DNA of 64,000 nucleotides from an uncultured delta proteobacterium. GTDB taxonomy: Bacteria > Myxococcota_A > Polyangia > Polyangiales > Polyangiaceae. The translations under genes and the position numbers were made by a program. The stretch lies in contig CAWKKR010000011.1 in assembly GCA_963850305.1 (NCBI GenBank), forward strand, positions 128,001 to 192,000, given 5' to 3'. Shown here piece after piece: positions 49,211 through 58,315 of the stretch (position 1 is its first letter; each line of letters starts with the position of its first letter). The notes beneath the pieces were generated by a model. That model was not told the DNA's origin and made no database searches. It saw nothing but the letters and a program-made list of their open reading frames with translations.

Positions 49211-50691
49211 TCGGGAACCGCAATCGATTCGCGCTGGAGCTCGCACCTGTCGAGCCGTCGTGGGATGCGCGCTACGCACCTGAGGGTGCTGCGTGGGCAG
49301 GACTGAGCGTCTGGGTGGATGGGAAGAATCTCTGCGAACACGTTCGTTCCGGTGAGGAAGAAGTGCGCCGCGCCCTGTACGTTCCGCTCGGTCCGATTGC
49401 CGACTGGTTCGTGCGCGCGCTGCCCGGCCTCGCCTTCGAAGAACGCTTCCCCCGGTTGGCCGCGAGCTCGCCGCATCTGCATCAAATGATGAGGAAGTGG
49501 GGGGAGTCATTTCCCCCCGCCGGAGTGGACGAGGACGGATGGCTCGATTCTCGCGAGGCTTTCTGGGCGCGACATTTTCTCCTGGCCGGCGCGGACGGGG
49601 CGCGGTTGCCTAACCTGGCGTTCTTGCGTCAGGACGACGAGGTTCGACTCGTATGGGCGGCCCCGCCGTCGGCCAAGTCCGCGGATCTGACGTTCGTGAG
49701 CGCGGAGGGGATGTTCGTTGCTCCTTGGAGCGACTTCGAGGCGGCAATCGCCCGTTTCGTGCAAGAGGTGGCGACGGGATTCAAAAAAAAAGACCTTTCG
49801 CCATACGCATGGGTCACGAAGCCCCAACCGCACCTACATGGCCTGAGGGCGCGCTCCGTAGAACCGATCGCCTTGTATTGTGCGCGTCCGCTCGATGAGG
49901 TCGCCACGCTGCTTGGTGTGAGGGAAGCCGAGCTCGACCAGGTGCTGGGCATCGAGGGGGACGTGCAACCGGCCGCTAGCCCGCTGTGTCAGATCCTGCG
50001 GGACCTGCCACCGCAGCCCTCGCGGGGCGTGGGAAACGAAGCACAAGCGACCGTGGAGACGTCCAGGGCAGCTGGCACCCGGCCCGAGATTTGGTTGAGC
50101 GCACGGCTGGATGCGATCGACGCCGCACGTGCCGGTCCACGGGCAGAAGAAGCCGGTCTCTTCGCGGCCACGGCGCTGCGCCACCGGTTGAAAGCCAATG
50201 GAGAGCCCATAGATATCGAAAAGCTTCTCGATCACCTGGGTGTCGAATGCCGGGAGAGCCAGTGCACGACGCTGCACGAGCACATGTTCATTGCTGCCGT
50301 TCCTGGCCACAAAGCCGCGACGACCATTCTCAGGAGTCCCCAGACGAGTAAGGTTTGGGGGCGTAGATTCGAACAAGCCCGTGCACTCGGCCACGCGCTG
50401 TTGGACCCTTTGCGAAGTGATGCCCTCGGTGCTGCGTCGACCAATTGGAGTCAAGACGTGCGCCGGCGCAGGTCGGGCGCTTTTGCCGCGGAGCTTTTGT
50501 TGCCACGAAGCGCCCTCGAAAGGGCGAGCGGCGGACACTTGGATAGCGAAGCAACACTCCAAGGTTTTAAAGACCTGCTTCAGCGGTACGGAGTCGGCGC
50601 GAGCACCGCGGCGTATCAGCTTTACAATAAAAGGCTCATCAGCAAGCCGATCAGGGACGAGTTGATCGTGAAGTACGCGAGCGAAGCGTGA
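49204..50691 (+). CDS. Imm42-like N-terminal domain fused to degenerate ImmA/IrrE (DUF955) domain
   Basis: MLIGNRNRFALE start; RRFEQARALGH in place of RFTLAHELGH; AFAAELLLP; YGVGASTAAYQL. Confidence 0.75.
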   Translation: MLIGNRNRFALELAPVEPSWDARYAPEGAAWAGLSVWVDGKNLCEHVRSGEEEVRRALYVPLGPIADWFVRALPGLAFEERFPRLAASSPHLHQMMRKWGESFPPAGVDEDGWLDSREAFWARHFLLAGADGARLPNLAFLRQDDEVRLVWAAPPSAKSADLTFVSAEGMFVAPWSDFEAAIARFVQEVATGFKKKDLSPYAWVTKPQPHLHGLRARSVEPIALYCARPLDEVATLLGVREAELDQVLGIEGDVQPAASPLCQILRDLPPQPSRGVGNEAQATVETSRAAGTRPEIWLSARLDAIDAARAGPRAEEAGLFAATALRHRLKANGEPIDIEKLLDHLGVECRESQCTTLHEHMFIAAVPGHKAATTILRSPQTSKVWGRRFEQARALGHALLDPLRSDALGAASTNWSQDVRRRRSGAFAAELLLPRSALERASGGHLDSEATLQGFKDLLQRYGVGASTAAYQLYNKRLISKPIRDELIVKYASEA

Positions 50692-51042
50692 ATGCGCGTT
50701 CGTTCCCCGATCACTCGGTAACTTGCGGCACTTGACCGATGCGGCCGTTGCAGAATTTGTCAACGCGGATGAGACCACCCGACAACCGGTTCCGGCGTCC
50801 TCGAGCTACGGTGGGCTCGCGTCGAGGTAGCCGCGGTGCGCGGCGCTCACGATGAGGTCGAGCACTGCGCGGCGTGCCTCCGGGCCGCGGTCCCGCGGTG
50901 CGCGCTCGACGGGAGCGACGACCTCGCGGCGGAGATCCGCGCGACCGAGCGCCGGATCGAGCTTTCGCGCTGAGCTCGGCATTCACGTCGGCTCGACATC
51001 GACGTGATGCTCTGATCGATCCACGCGCCCTGAGAGCGCCTG

Positions 51043-51654
51043 CTCACGCAGCACGAGCCACTTCTCACGGCCGACGGACGCCTCCTCACGCAGCACGAGC
51101 CACTTCTCACGGCCGACGGACGCCTCCTCACGCAGCACGAGCCACTTCTCACGGCCGACGGACGTGTCCTCACGCAGCACGAGCCACTTCTCACGGCCGA
51201 CGGACGTGTCCTCACGCAGCACGAGCCACTTCTCACGGCCGACGGACGTGTCCTCACGCAGCACGAGCCACTTCTCACGGCCGACGGACGTGTCATCGTG
51301 GCCGTGAGAGCGCGTCCTCACGGCGTGTGAGGCTCTTCTCACGGCCGACGGACGCCTTCATCACGCTGCATGAGGCTCTTCTCACGGCCGACGGACGCCT
51401 CATCACGCTGCATGAGGCTCTTCTCACGGCCGACGGTCGCCTTCATCACGCTGCATGAGGCTCTTCTCACGGCCGACGGACGCCTCATCACGCAGCATGA
51501 GGCTCTTCTCACGGCCGACGATCGCCTCATCACGCTGCATGAGGCTCTTCTCACGGCCGACGGTCGCCTCATCACGCTGCATGAGGCTCTTCTCACGGCC
51601 GACGGTCGCCTCCTCACGCAGCACGAGCCACTTCTCACGGCCGACGGACGCGTC
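51043..51654. repeat. 42-bp tandem repeat array, 14 units
   Basis: Unit CTCACGCAGCACGAGCCACTTCTCACGGCCGACGGACGCCTC and variant ATCACGCTGCATGAGGCTCTT...; invariant core TTCTCACGGCCGACG; two 43-bp units; one 22-bp interruption. Confidence 0.95.
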
Positions 51655-51880
51655 ATCACGGCGTGGCTCACACCCGTCATCGACGCGCGCGGAGCGAGAG
51701 TCCTTGGGGTCGTCGAAACCGGCGGAAGAAGAGTCGTTGGCGCTAGCGGCCGGGTCGATCTCGAATGTGGCGTCAAACGCGAGGTCCTATTGCGCTTCAC
51801 CCGGACGGGCGAGAGCGCTGTACGGTGCTCCTTCACTGGCGGCGAGCGGTGTGAGCTCGACGAGGAGCTCTTCTTCGAGC

Positions 51881-52104
51881 TTATTCCGAGGCAGAGAGTT
51901 CGATGACGAGCCTTTCGATGACGGGGAGCAATATCGGGGCTTCGGCTTCGATGACTCTCCAGACGACCTCGAGATCCACACCGAAATACTGATGGATCAG
52001 CACGTCGCGCATGCCGGCGATGCGGCGCCATGGCACCGCTGGTGCTCGCTCTCGCGTTTGCGCATCGAGCCCTTTCGCGGCTTCACCGATTCACCTCGAG
52101 ATTT
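51881..52104 (-). pseudogene. HepT/DUF86 HEPN toxin, displaced C-terminal half
   Basis: [48 protein letters not shown]...stop; contains RX4H. Confidence 0.85.
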
Positions 52105-52218
52105 ACGTGCCCGTCCCGTCTACGAGCCCACCGGCCTCGAACGAGGTGACGGCGGAAATCCTCCGGGGTTGAACCGACCTTCGACGACCGACCCACGACG
52201 AAGTAGACTCCGTCCACG

Positions 52219-52464
52219 ATGCACGCCCTGAAGGCCCACGTGAAAAACGGCCGCCTCGTTCTCGATGAGCCGACGGATCTGCCGGAAGGTGAGGTCGTCG
52301 AGCTAGTGCCCGTCGATGAGGTGCTGGCAGGCGGTGGGGACTACCTCGACGACGAGGAGCGGGAACGGCTTCACGACTCTCTTCGGGAGAGCATCGAGCA
52401 GATGAAGGCCGGGCAGCTCATCGACGCCGATGAAGCCCTGGCCCAGCTACGTGCTCACCGATGA
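52219..52464 (+). CDS. Putative type II antitoxin (DUF104/AF2212-like N-terminus, acidic C-terminus)
   Basis: 81 aa; ATGA overlap with toxin; TAGACT -10 box 9 nt upstream. Confidence 0.8.
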   Translation: MHALKAHVKNGRLVLDEPTDLPEGEVVELVPVDEVLAGGGDYLDDEERERLHDSLRESIEQMKAGQLIDADEALAQLRAHR

Positions 52465-52754
52465 AGTTGAGGCTTGCACCGAGAGCCCTCTCGGAAGCCA
52501 AGCGGAAGAAGAGCTGGTGGCAGAAGAACCGGTCGGCTGCACCTGACCTCTTCGAGGAAGAGTTCAACGTCACCGTCCGGTCGATCCAGTCCACCCCGAG
52601 CGTCGGAGCTGTCTACCCGAGCCGCTTCGACATCGTGATCCGCCGGGCGTTGATGCCGAAGACGAAGAACCACGTCTACTTCACGGTTACCGACGACGAG
52701 ATCGTGATCCTCTCCGTTTGGGGTGCCGCCCGTGAACGCGGGCCGAAGCTCTGA
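52461..52754 (+). CDS. RelE/ParE family toxin
   Basis: 97 aa basic protein; LAPRALSE, TPSVG, HVYFTV, VILSVW pattern. Confidence 0.82.
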   Translation: MKLRLAPRALSEAKRKKSWWQKNRSAAPDLFEEEFNVTVRSIQSTPSVGAVYPSRFDIVIRRALMPKTKNHVYFTVTDDEIVILSVWGAARERGPKL

Positions 52755-53179
52755 CCCTGCTCGGCACGTTCGAGAAATCTCCGGCCCCCAAAACTTTCTG
52801 GAACGCGGGATCGCCCACGACGAATCCGATTTCGACCCCCTCACGATTCATGAGCATGTGTCCGTTTGACACGGGCTGCGATCCGGCCGCAGTGCGGGCA
52901 CGCTACGAGCTTGATTCCCAGATGCGCACTCCCGAGCTCCCCTTCGTCGACGACGAACCGCCTCCCTCCGCTCGGAATCGTCAATGGGGCCGAGGTCCGT
53001 ACCGGCCCTGCCTGCGCCCGCCAAGCGGTCCGCCACCGTCGGCCGAATTCCCGCGGCCTTCCGAACGGGGTTCGGGTGGCCGAGTAAGATTCCGAACCCA
53101 ATCCCGCCGCGAAACCCGTAGGCGGTTACGGCGCCTTCCGTGGTCGCGCTCGCGGTGTTCACGTGGAACGTCACGTCCA

Positions 53180-53489
53180 CCGACGGACGCCTCATCACGC
53201 TGCATGAGGCTCTTCTCACGGCCGACGGTCGCCTCCTCACGCAGCACGAGCCACTTCTCACGGCCGACGGACGCCTCATCACGGCGTGGCTCACACTCGT
53301 CATCGACGCGCGCGGAGCGAGAGTCCTTGGGGTCGTCGAAACCGGCGGAAGAAGAGTCGTTGGCGCAAGCGGCCGGGTCGATCTCGAATGTGGCGTCAAA
53401 CGCGAGGTCCTATCACGGCACCGCTGGTGCTCGCTCTCGCGTTTGCGCATCGAGCCCTTTCGCGGCTTCACCGATTCACCTCGAGATTT
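53180..53489. repeat. Direct duplicate of about 51558-51790 joined to 52029-52104
   Basis: Near-identical sequence including 2.3 array units; lacks the intervening 238 bp. Confidence 0.9.
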
Positions 53490-53617
53490 CGCACAACGGC
53501 GTCTTGGATCAGGCGCGATTCGAAGAAGACCGCACGCCCTTCTCCCGTGTATTCGAGCACCGCGCGAAGCGCGTCGCGAATGTGCTCGAGGTACGCGAGC
53601 TGGCTCGGCGCGGTCAT
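53414..53617 (-). pseudogene. HepT/DUF86 HEPN toxin, N-terminal part, frameshifted and truncated
   Basis: MTAPSQLAYLEHIRDA...LIQDAVVRNLEV then extra A (GTGAATC) gives stop at 53468; ATGA overlap with MNT gene. Confidence 0.85.
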
Positions 53618-53922
53618 GCTCCGAGGGGGCGCGCCTCGCTCAAGATCCGTTCGCGAAGGTACGGAGAGAGCCCGGCCTCGGTCACCACGTCGACCGAGCA
53701 GCGCAACAGATCTTCCAGATCCTGTTTGATCGCGACCAGGTCCAGGAGGCTACGCCCGGGTTCCAGGCGAATGAGCAGGTCGAGGTCGCTCTCCGAATGC
53801 GCATCGCCGCGAGCATGCGAACCGAACACCCGTACCGATTGCCCGCCGTGAGCACGCACGACGCGCTCGATGTCCGTGACGGGCAGGGATTCATCCACGA
53901 TGCGGGGTGCGATCTCCGTCAT
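53614..53922 (-). CDS. mntA: Minimal nucleotidyltransferase (MNT) antitoxin
   Basis: VFGSHARGDAHSESDLDLL, VDVV, YLRERILSEARPL; 102 aa. Confidence 0.88.
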   Translation of the reverse strand: MTEIAPRIVDESLPVTDIERVVRAHGGQSVRVFGSHARGDAHSESDLDLLIRLEPGRSLLDLVAIKQDLEDLLRCSVDVVTEAGLSPYLRERILSEARPLGA

Positions 53923-54055
53923 GCCCAATGCACTTTACCATGCCGTCGCGCCCCCGCCAGAGCGCGCCCGGAAGTTCCGTTCCAACGAATCGCGCCTACC
54001 CCATGCGCCGAGTTGCGTCGTCCGGATGCCACGGCCCTCTGGAAGGGGCGCACCG

Positions 54056-55398
54056 CAGGGCTCGCAAATCTCGGTCAATTGCGCGACCGACGGAGGGTCC
54101 TGCTCCGACGCAGGCGGTGCGGAGAGTTTCCCCCCGATGCGGTCACCGTCATCGTCACGGGCTCGTTCGGTCCGAGGCAGGGCGACACGATCCTGTTCAG
54201 CGACGCCTCCGGCAACGTTCTCGGGACGGGCATCACGGGCACCGACGGCGCCTTCTCGATGGTCGTCCCCGCCGGCAGTCAGGCAACGGCGCTCTACAAC
54301 GACAACCTGAACCGCGCGCAGGATCTCATGACGTTCATCGACGTCGCGCCCGGCGACGTGCTGACCGTGTACGATATCGCGCCGGCGGTACCCGTGCTCG
54401 ATATCCCGTCGATCCCACCGTCGCCCCCGGCGGGCACCGAGGAGTATGAGTTCGAGGTGGGGCAGTGGGGCGGCGAGCAGACCTCGTGCGTCCAGAGCGA
54501 CACGTCGCCTCCTTACTCCATCAGCATGCAACCACTGTGCGACCCGTTCGGTCAGTTCCCGCTGCTGGTCATCGCCCTCGACGACAACTCTATCCCTCTC
54601 GGGTTCGCGTCTCACAAGGGTGGCACGTACCGCACGCTCGACACGGGCGGCAACGGCTCGGTCAGCGTCGGGGGAGCGTGGTCGACGTCTCTCGGCAACG
54701 CGACCGTGACCGCCACCAATATCCCGAGCACGCTCCCGAACGTCACCGTCGCGTTCGCCGAGGTTGCGAGCGGTCTGCCCTATTCGAACGCCAAGAGCTT
54801 CTCCACGCCCACCGCCGGCAACACGGCAAGCCAGACCTTTCAGACCCACGTCGGATCTCCGGACTCCGTGATGTCCGAGGCCGTCGTCTCGAACGGCGGC
54901 GACAACGCCCTCCAGGCCATCGCGACGCGCAGCGCACCCCCGGCGACGACGGCCACGACGACGACCACGCTCGATATGTCGCAGTTGCTCCCCGCCATCA
55001 ACGGCATGACCAACACCGCAACCGCGACCGGTGCCACGATCAGCTGGACGTCGGCGGCGCCCATCACGGGCGCGACGGGGACCGTCGTCGTCCTGGAGCT
55101 CGACGGCACGAACGGCACGGGCGAGGAGCAGCTATTCTGGAATGTCGTCGTCCCGCCCGACGCGACGAGCTTCTCGACCCCGCAAATCCCCACGTCCGCA
55201 GCCGCATGGGTGCCCAACGCATCGTTTCACGTCATCGGTCACGTCACGACGATGAAGGGACTCTCGGGGCTCACGACGTACGCGGCCTTCCGCGCCGCGG
55301 CGTCATCGCTGGTGACCACGGCCGGGGCCGTGGGGCCCGTCGTCCCGCCGCTACCCGTGGACGGGACGATGGTAGTGACGGCGTATACCCCGCCGTGA
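54056..55398 (+). pseudogene. Thr-rich beta-strand surface protein, N-terminus missing, frameshift at ~54132
   Basis: Codon-biased frame from PPDAVTV to 55398; upstream frame QGSQISVNCATDGGSC joins at a C-run; no signal peptide visible. Confidence 0.55.
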
Positions 55399-55516
55399 GC
55401 GGGCCCTCGCACCAACGTGAGCTCCGCGGGCTGCATCGGCTCGCCTCGTTCCGGGATCTCTGGACGCCCATCCAATCGGATCCGGGCGCCCACGCCCGTG
55501 ATACTCACCGGAGACC

Positions 55517-56377
55517 GTGGCGAGAACCTACCCGACGACCCAGATGTGCGACGGTGAGCTGCTCCAGCGGTTCGAGCCGACCGCCCGAGACAGCGACGTG
55601 TTCGTCACGACGACGGCCAAGTGCGGCCAGACGTGGCTGCAGACGCTGCTGTTTCACCTCAAGACCGGCGGGCGACAGCCCGACTTCGGCGGCGTTGGCC
55701 TCGACGGCGTCTCGCCCTGGCTCGAGATCCCCGCCAGCTTCGGCTTCGGCACGTGGCAGACTCGCGAGGAGCGGCTGGCGCAGCTCGAGGCGCTCGGCGA
55801 TCCCCGTGTGTTCAAGCTGCACGTGGTCTGGGACGAGGTGCCGCGGCCGCCCGGTTCGAAGTCCAGGGTCATCACCATCACGCGCGATCCTCGAGACGTG
55901 CCGTACTCGATGTTCTCCCACCTCCAGGCGATGAAACAGCAGCTGCCGGCGCCAAGCGGCTTCGACGCATACTTCGAGCAGTGGCTGCAGCGCGGACTGT
56001 ACTTCCAGTTCATCGACAGCTTCTGGCAGCACGAGGACGACCCGAGCTTCCTGTGGCTGCGCTACGAGGATCTACAGCGCGATCTCCGCGCCCAGACCGC
56101 GCACATCCTCGGCTTCCTCGGCTGGAAGGTGACCGCCGAGGACGTCGAGCGCGCGCTCCCGCTCGTCGACTTCGCGCACCTGCGCGCCACGGAGAAGACG
56201 CAGGTCTTCGCGCACGCGGCCTCGCACTTCAAGGAGGACGGCCGCTTCTTCCGCGAGGGCGGGATGGGGAAGAACCGCGCGCGCCTGAGCGAGGACCAGG
56301 AGCGGCGTCTCCTCGCCAAGCTTCGCGTCGTCCTGCCCGAGGCCTGCTGCACGCGCGTGCTCGCGCTCGACGAGTGA
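55517..56377 (+). CDS. PAPS-dependent sulfotransferase family protein
   Basis: TTAKCGQTW 5'-PSB loop, RDPRDV..S, RYEDL, FFREGGMG. Confidence 0.88.
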   Translation: MARTYPTTQMCDGELLQRFEPTARDSDVFVTTTAKCGQTWLQTLLFHLKTGGRQPDFGGVGLDGVSPWLEIPASFGFGTWQTREERLAQLEALGDPRVFKLHVVWDEVPRPPGSKSRVITITRDPRDVPYSMFSHLQAMKQQLPAPSGFDAYFEQWLQRGLYFQFIDSFWQHEDDPSFLWLRYEDLQRDLRAQTAHILGFLGWKVTAEDVERALPLVDFAHLRATEKTQVFAHAASHFKEDGRFFREGGMGKNRARLSEDQERRLLAKLRVVLPEACCTRVLALDE

Positions 56378-56539
56378 GCGCGCCGCGGAGCGCAAAGGCG
56401 GCCCCAGACGTCTCGCGCGCCGACCGAAACGATGCCGGGCGCTCAGGGCCGTTCCGTGCAACTCTGTGGCCGCGCCGCTGGCGAAGGCCACAGGGTCCGA
56501 GTCGAGCGGATGTCGCTATAGAGGGAAGGAAGACCTGAA

Positions 56540-56695
56540 ATGACGCTCTGTCCAATTGCGCTCGTGGCCGGCTGCAAGAAATGTCCCGCGTTCGCGGTCT
56601 GTCCGCTGAAGACCGTCCTCGGCGATCAAAAGAAGAACGACGATCGGTCGCTCGACGAGCAGCCGCCCGAGCAAACGAAGGCTGGGACGAAATAG
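56540..56695 (+). CDS. Small Cys4 protein (51 aa)
   Basis: MTLCPIALVAGCKKCPAFAVCPLKTVLGDQ...; GAAGGA SD; below ORF track cutoff. Confidence 0.7.
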   Translation: MTLCPIALVAGCKKCPAFAVCPLKTVLGDQKKNDDRSLDEQPPEQTKAGTK

Positions 56696-57081
56696 CGCAG
56701 GCGAGGCAAGAGCGAAACGCGGCTGGTTTCCCGGCGGAATTGCCGGACCGAATCTCGGGCGGCCGAGTGATGCGGCCGACATCCGCAGAGGTTGCCCGCG
56801 TGCATTTGGTCGTCGTGGAAGACGGCGCGTGCCGGTTCCATTCCTTCGTGAGGATAACCTGGTGCTCTTTTGCACCCTCCACGGAGGATATCGGTTCCGC
56901 CGCGGCAACCAAGCTCGGCCAAAAACCAACGCTCTGAACGTGCGAGGTACCGAGAACGGAAGTAGCGAGAGTGATGCGCTGCAGGCGCGGCTACTACCCT
57001 GTGCGGTCGACTTGTCCCAGAGCGAACCACGGCGTGCTAGGGTTGTCGTTGGTTGATCGTTTTCCGAGGGAAGGGATCACG

Positions 57082-58266
57082 ATGCCCGGTGCTCTGGTTC
57101 ATTCGCGACCGTTGGAGGCGTCACGGCCACGAGTCCTCGTGGTCGAGGACGAACAGTCAGTACTGCAAGCGATCACTCGGGTACTTGGAGAAGCCGGGTT
57201 CGACGTGAGCGCTGCCGAAGACGGGGCACGGGCGTTGCGGCTACTCGACGAAGCGCCCTTCGACGTCGTGCTCTCCGACATCTCGATGCCCGGGCTGGAC
57301 GGCATCGCGTTACTCAACGCTGTCCGGGAACACGACCTGGACGTTCCGGTCATCCTCATGACGGGCATACCGGGCGTGGAGTCGGCTGCCGACGCCATGC
57401 GCTACGGTGCGTTCGATTACCTGATCAAACCACTCGATTCGGAGAAGCTGGAAAACACGATCCGTCGAGCCGTGAGCATCGGCGGGCTCGGAAAAGCGAA
57501 ACGGGAGTCGATTCGCATGCTCGACACTGGACGCCCCGAAGCGGGAGACCGGGCTGGCCTCGCGGTGACCCTCGACCGAGCCCTCGACACTCTGTGGATC
57601 GCCTACCAGCCGATCGTGGAGGCGGCGACGCGCAACATCTTCGGGTACGAAGCCCTGCTTCGAAGCAGCGAGCAAGCTCTCCCGCATCCAGGGGCCGTTC
57701 TCGACGCGGCCGAACGGCTCGGGAGGCTCGACGACGTGGGACGCACCGTTCGATCGAAGGCACCGGAGCCCATGGGCCTTCTGCCCCCCGCGCCGCTGCT
57801 CTTCCTCAACCTACATGCGAGCGATCTGAACGACGAGATGCTCGGCGACGCATCGGCACCGCTGACCTCGATCGCCCCTCGGGTCGTTCTGGAGATCACC
57901 GAGCGTGCGTCCCTCGATGGGGTCACGGACGCACGCTCCAGGGTGACGAAGCTCCGTGAGCTGGGTTTCCGAATCGCGATCGATGACCTCGGAGCGGGGT
58001 ACGCGGGTCTGACGAGCTTCGCCTTGCTCGAACCTGAGTTCGCGAAGCTGGACATGTCGCTGGTGCGGGATATCCACAAGAATCCCGTGAAACGGAAGCT
58101 CGTGAGGTCCATGAACGTGCTGTGCAAGGACTTGGGGATCGCCGTCGTCGCCGAGGGCATCGAGACGGTCGAGGAGCGGGACACGATCATCGATCTGGGG
58201 TGCGATCTGCTCCAGGGGTACCTGCTCGCCAAGCCCGGGAAGGCATTTCCCGAGGTCCGGTGGTGA
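57082..58266 (+). CDS. Response regulator with EAL c-di-GMP phosphodiesterase domain
   Basis: VEDE, SDISMPG, KP; EALLR, EITE, DDLGAGY, KLD, EGIE, QGY. Confidence 0.92.
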   Translation: MPGALVHSRPLEASRPRVLVVEDEQSVLQAITRVLGEAGFDVSAAEDGARALRLLDEAPFDVVLSDISMPGLDGIALLNAVREHDLDVPVILMTGIPGVESAADAMRYGAFDYLIKPLDSEKLENTIRRAVSIGGLGKAKRESIRMLDTGRPEAGDRAGLAVTLDRALDTLWIAYQPIVEAATRNIFGYEALLRSSEQALPHPGAVLDAAERLGRLDDVGRTVRSKAPEPMGLLPPAPLLFLNLHASDLNDEMLGDASAPLTSIAPRVVLEITERASLDGVTDARSRVTKLRELGFRIAIDDLGAGYAGLTSFALLEPEFAKLDMSLVRDIHKNPVKRKLVRSMNVLCKDLGIAVVAEGIETVEERDTIIDLGCDLLQGYLLAKPGKAFPEVRW

Positions 58267-58315
58267 CGGTCGGGTCGTGCGACAAGCTTTCCGGACGGGG
58301 TCGCTGAACGGGCCG

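Noticed and set aside
51043..51654. CRISPR array
   Set aside because: Units are contiguous with no unique spacers and there are no cas genes in the window
53140..55398. 752-aa ORF as one gene
   Set aside because: The first ~320 codons run through the repeat copy and antisense of hepT/mntA; only the part after ~54130 looks coding
56378..57081. c-di-GMP riboswitch upstream of the EAL gene
   Set aside because: Only generic hairpins; the GEMM consensus could not be matched
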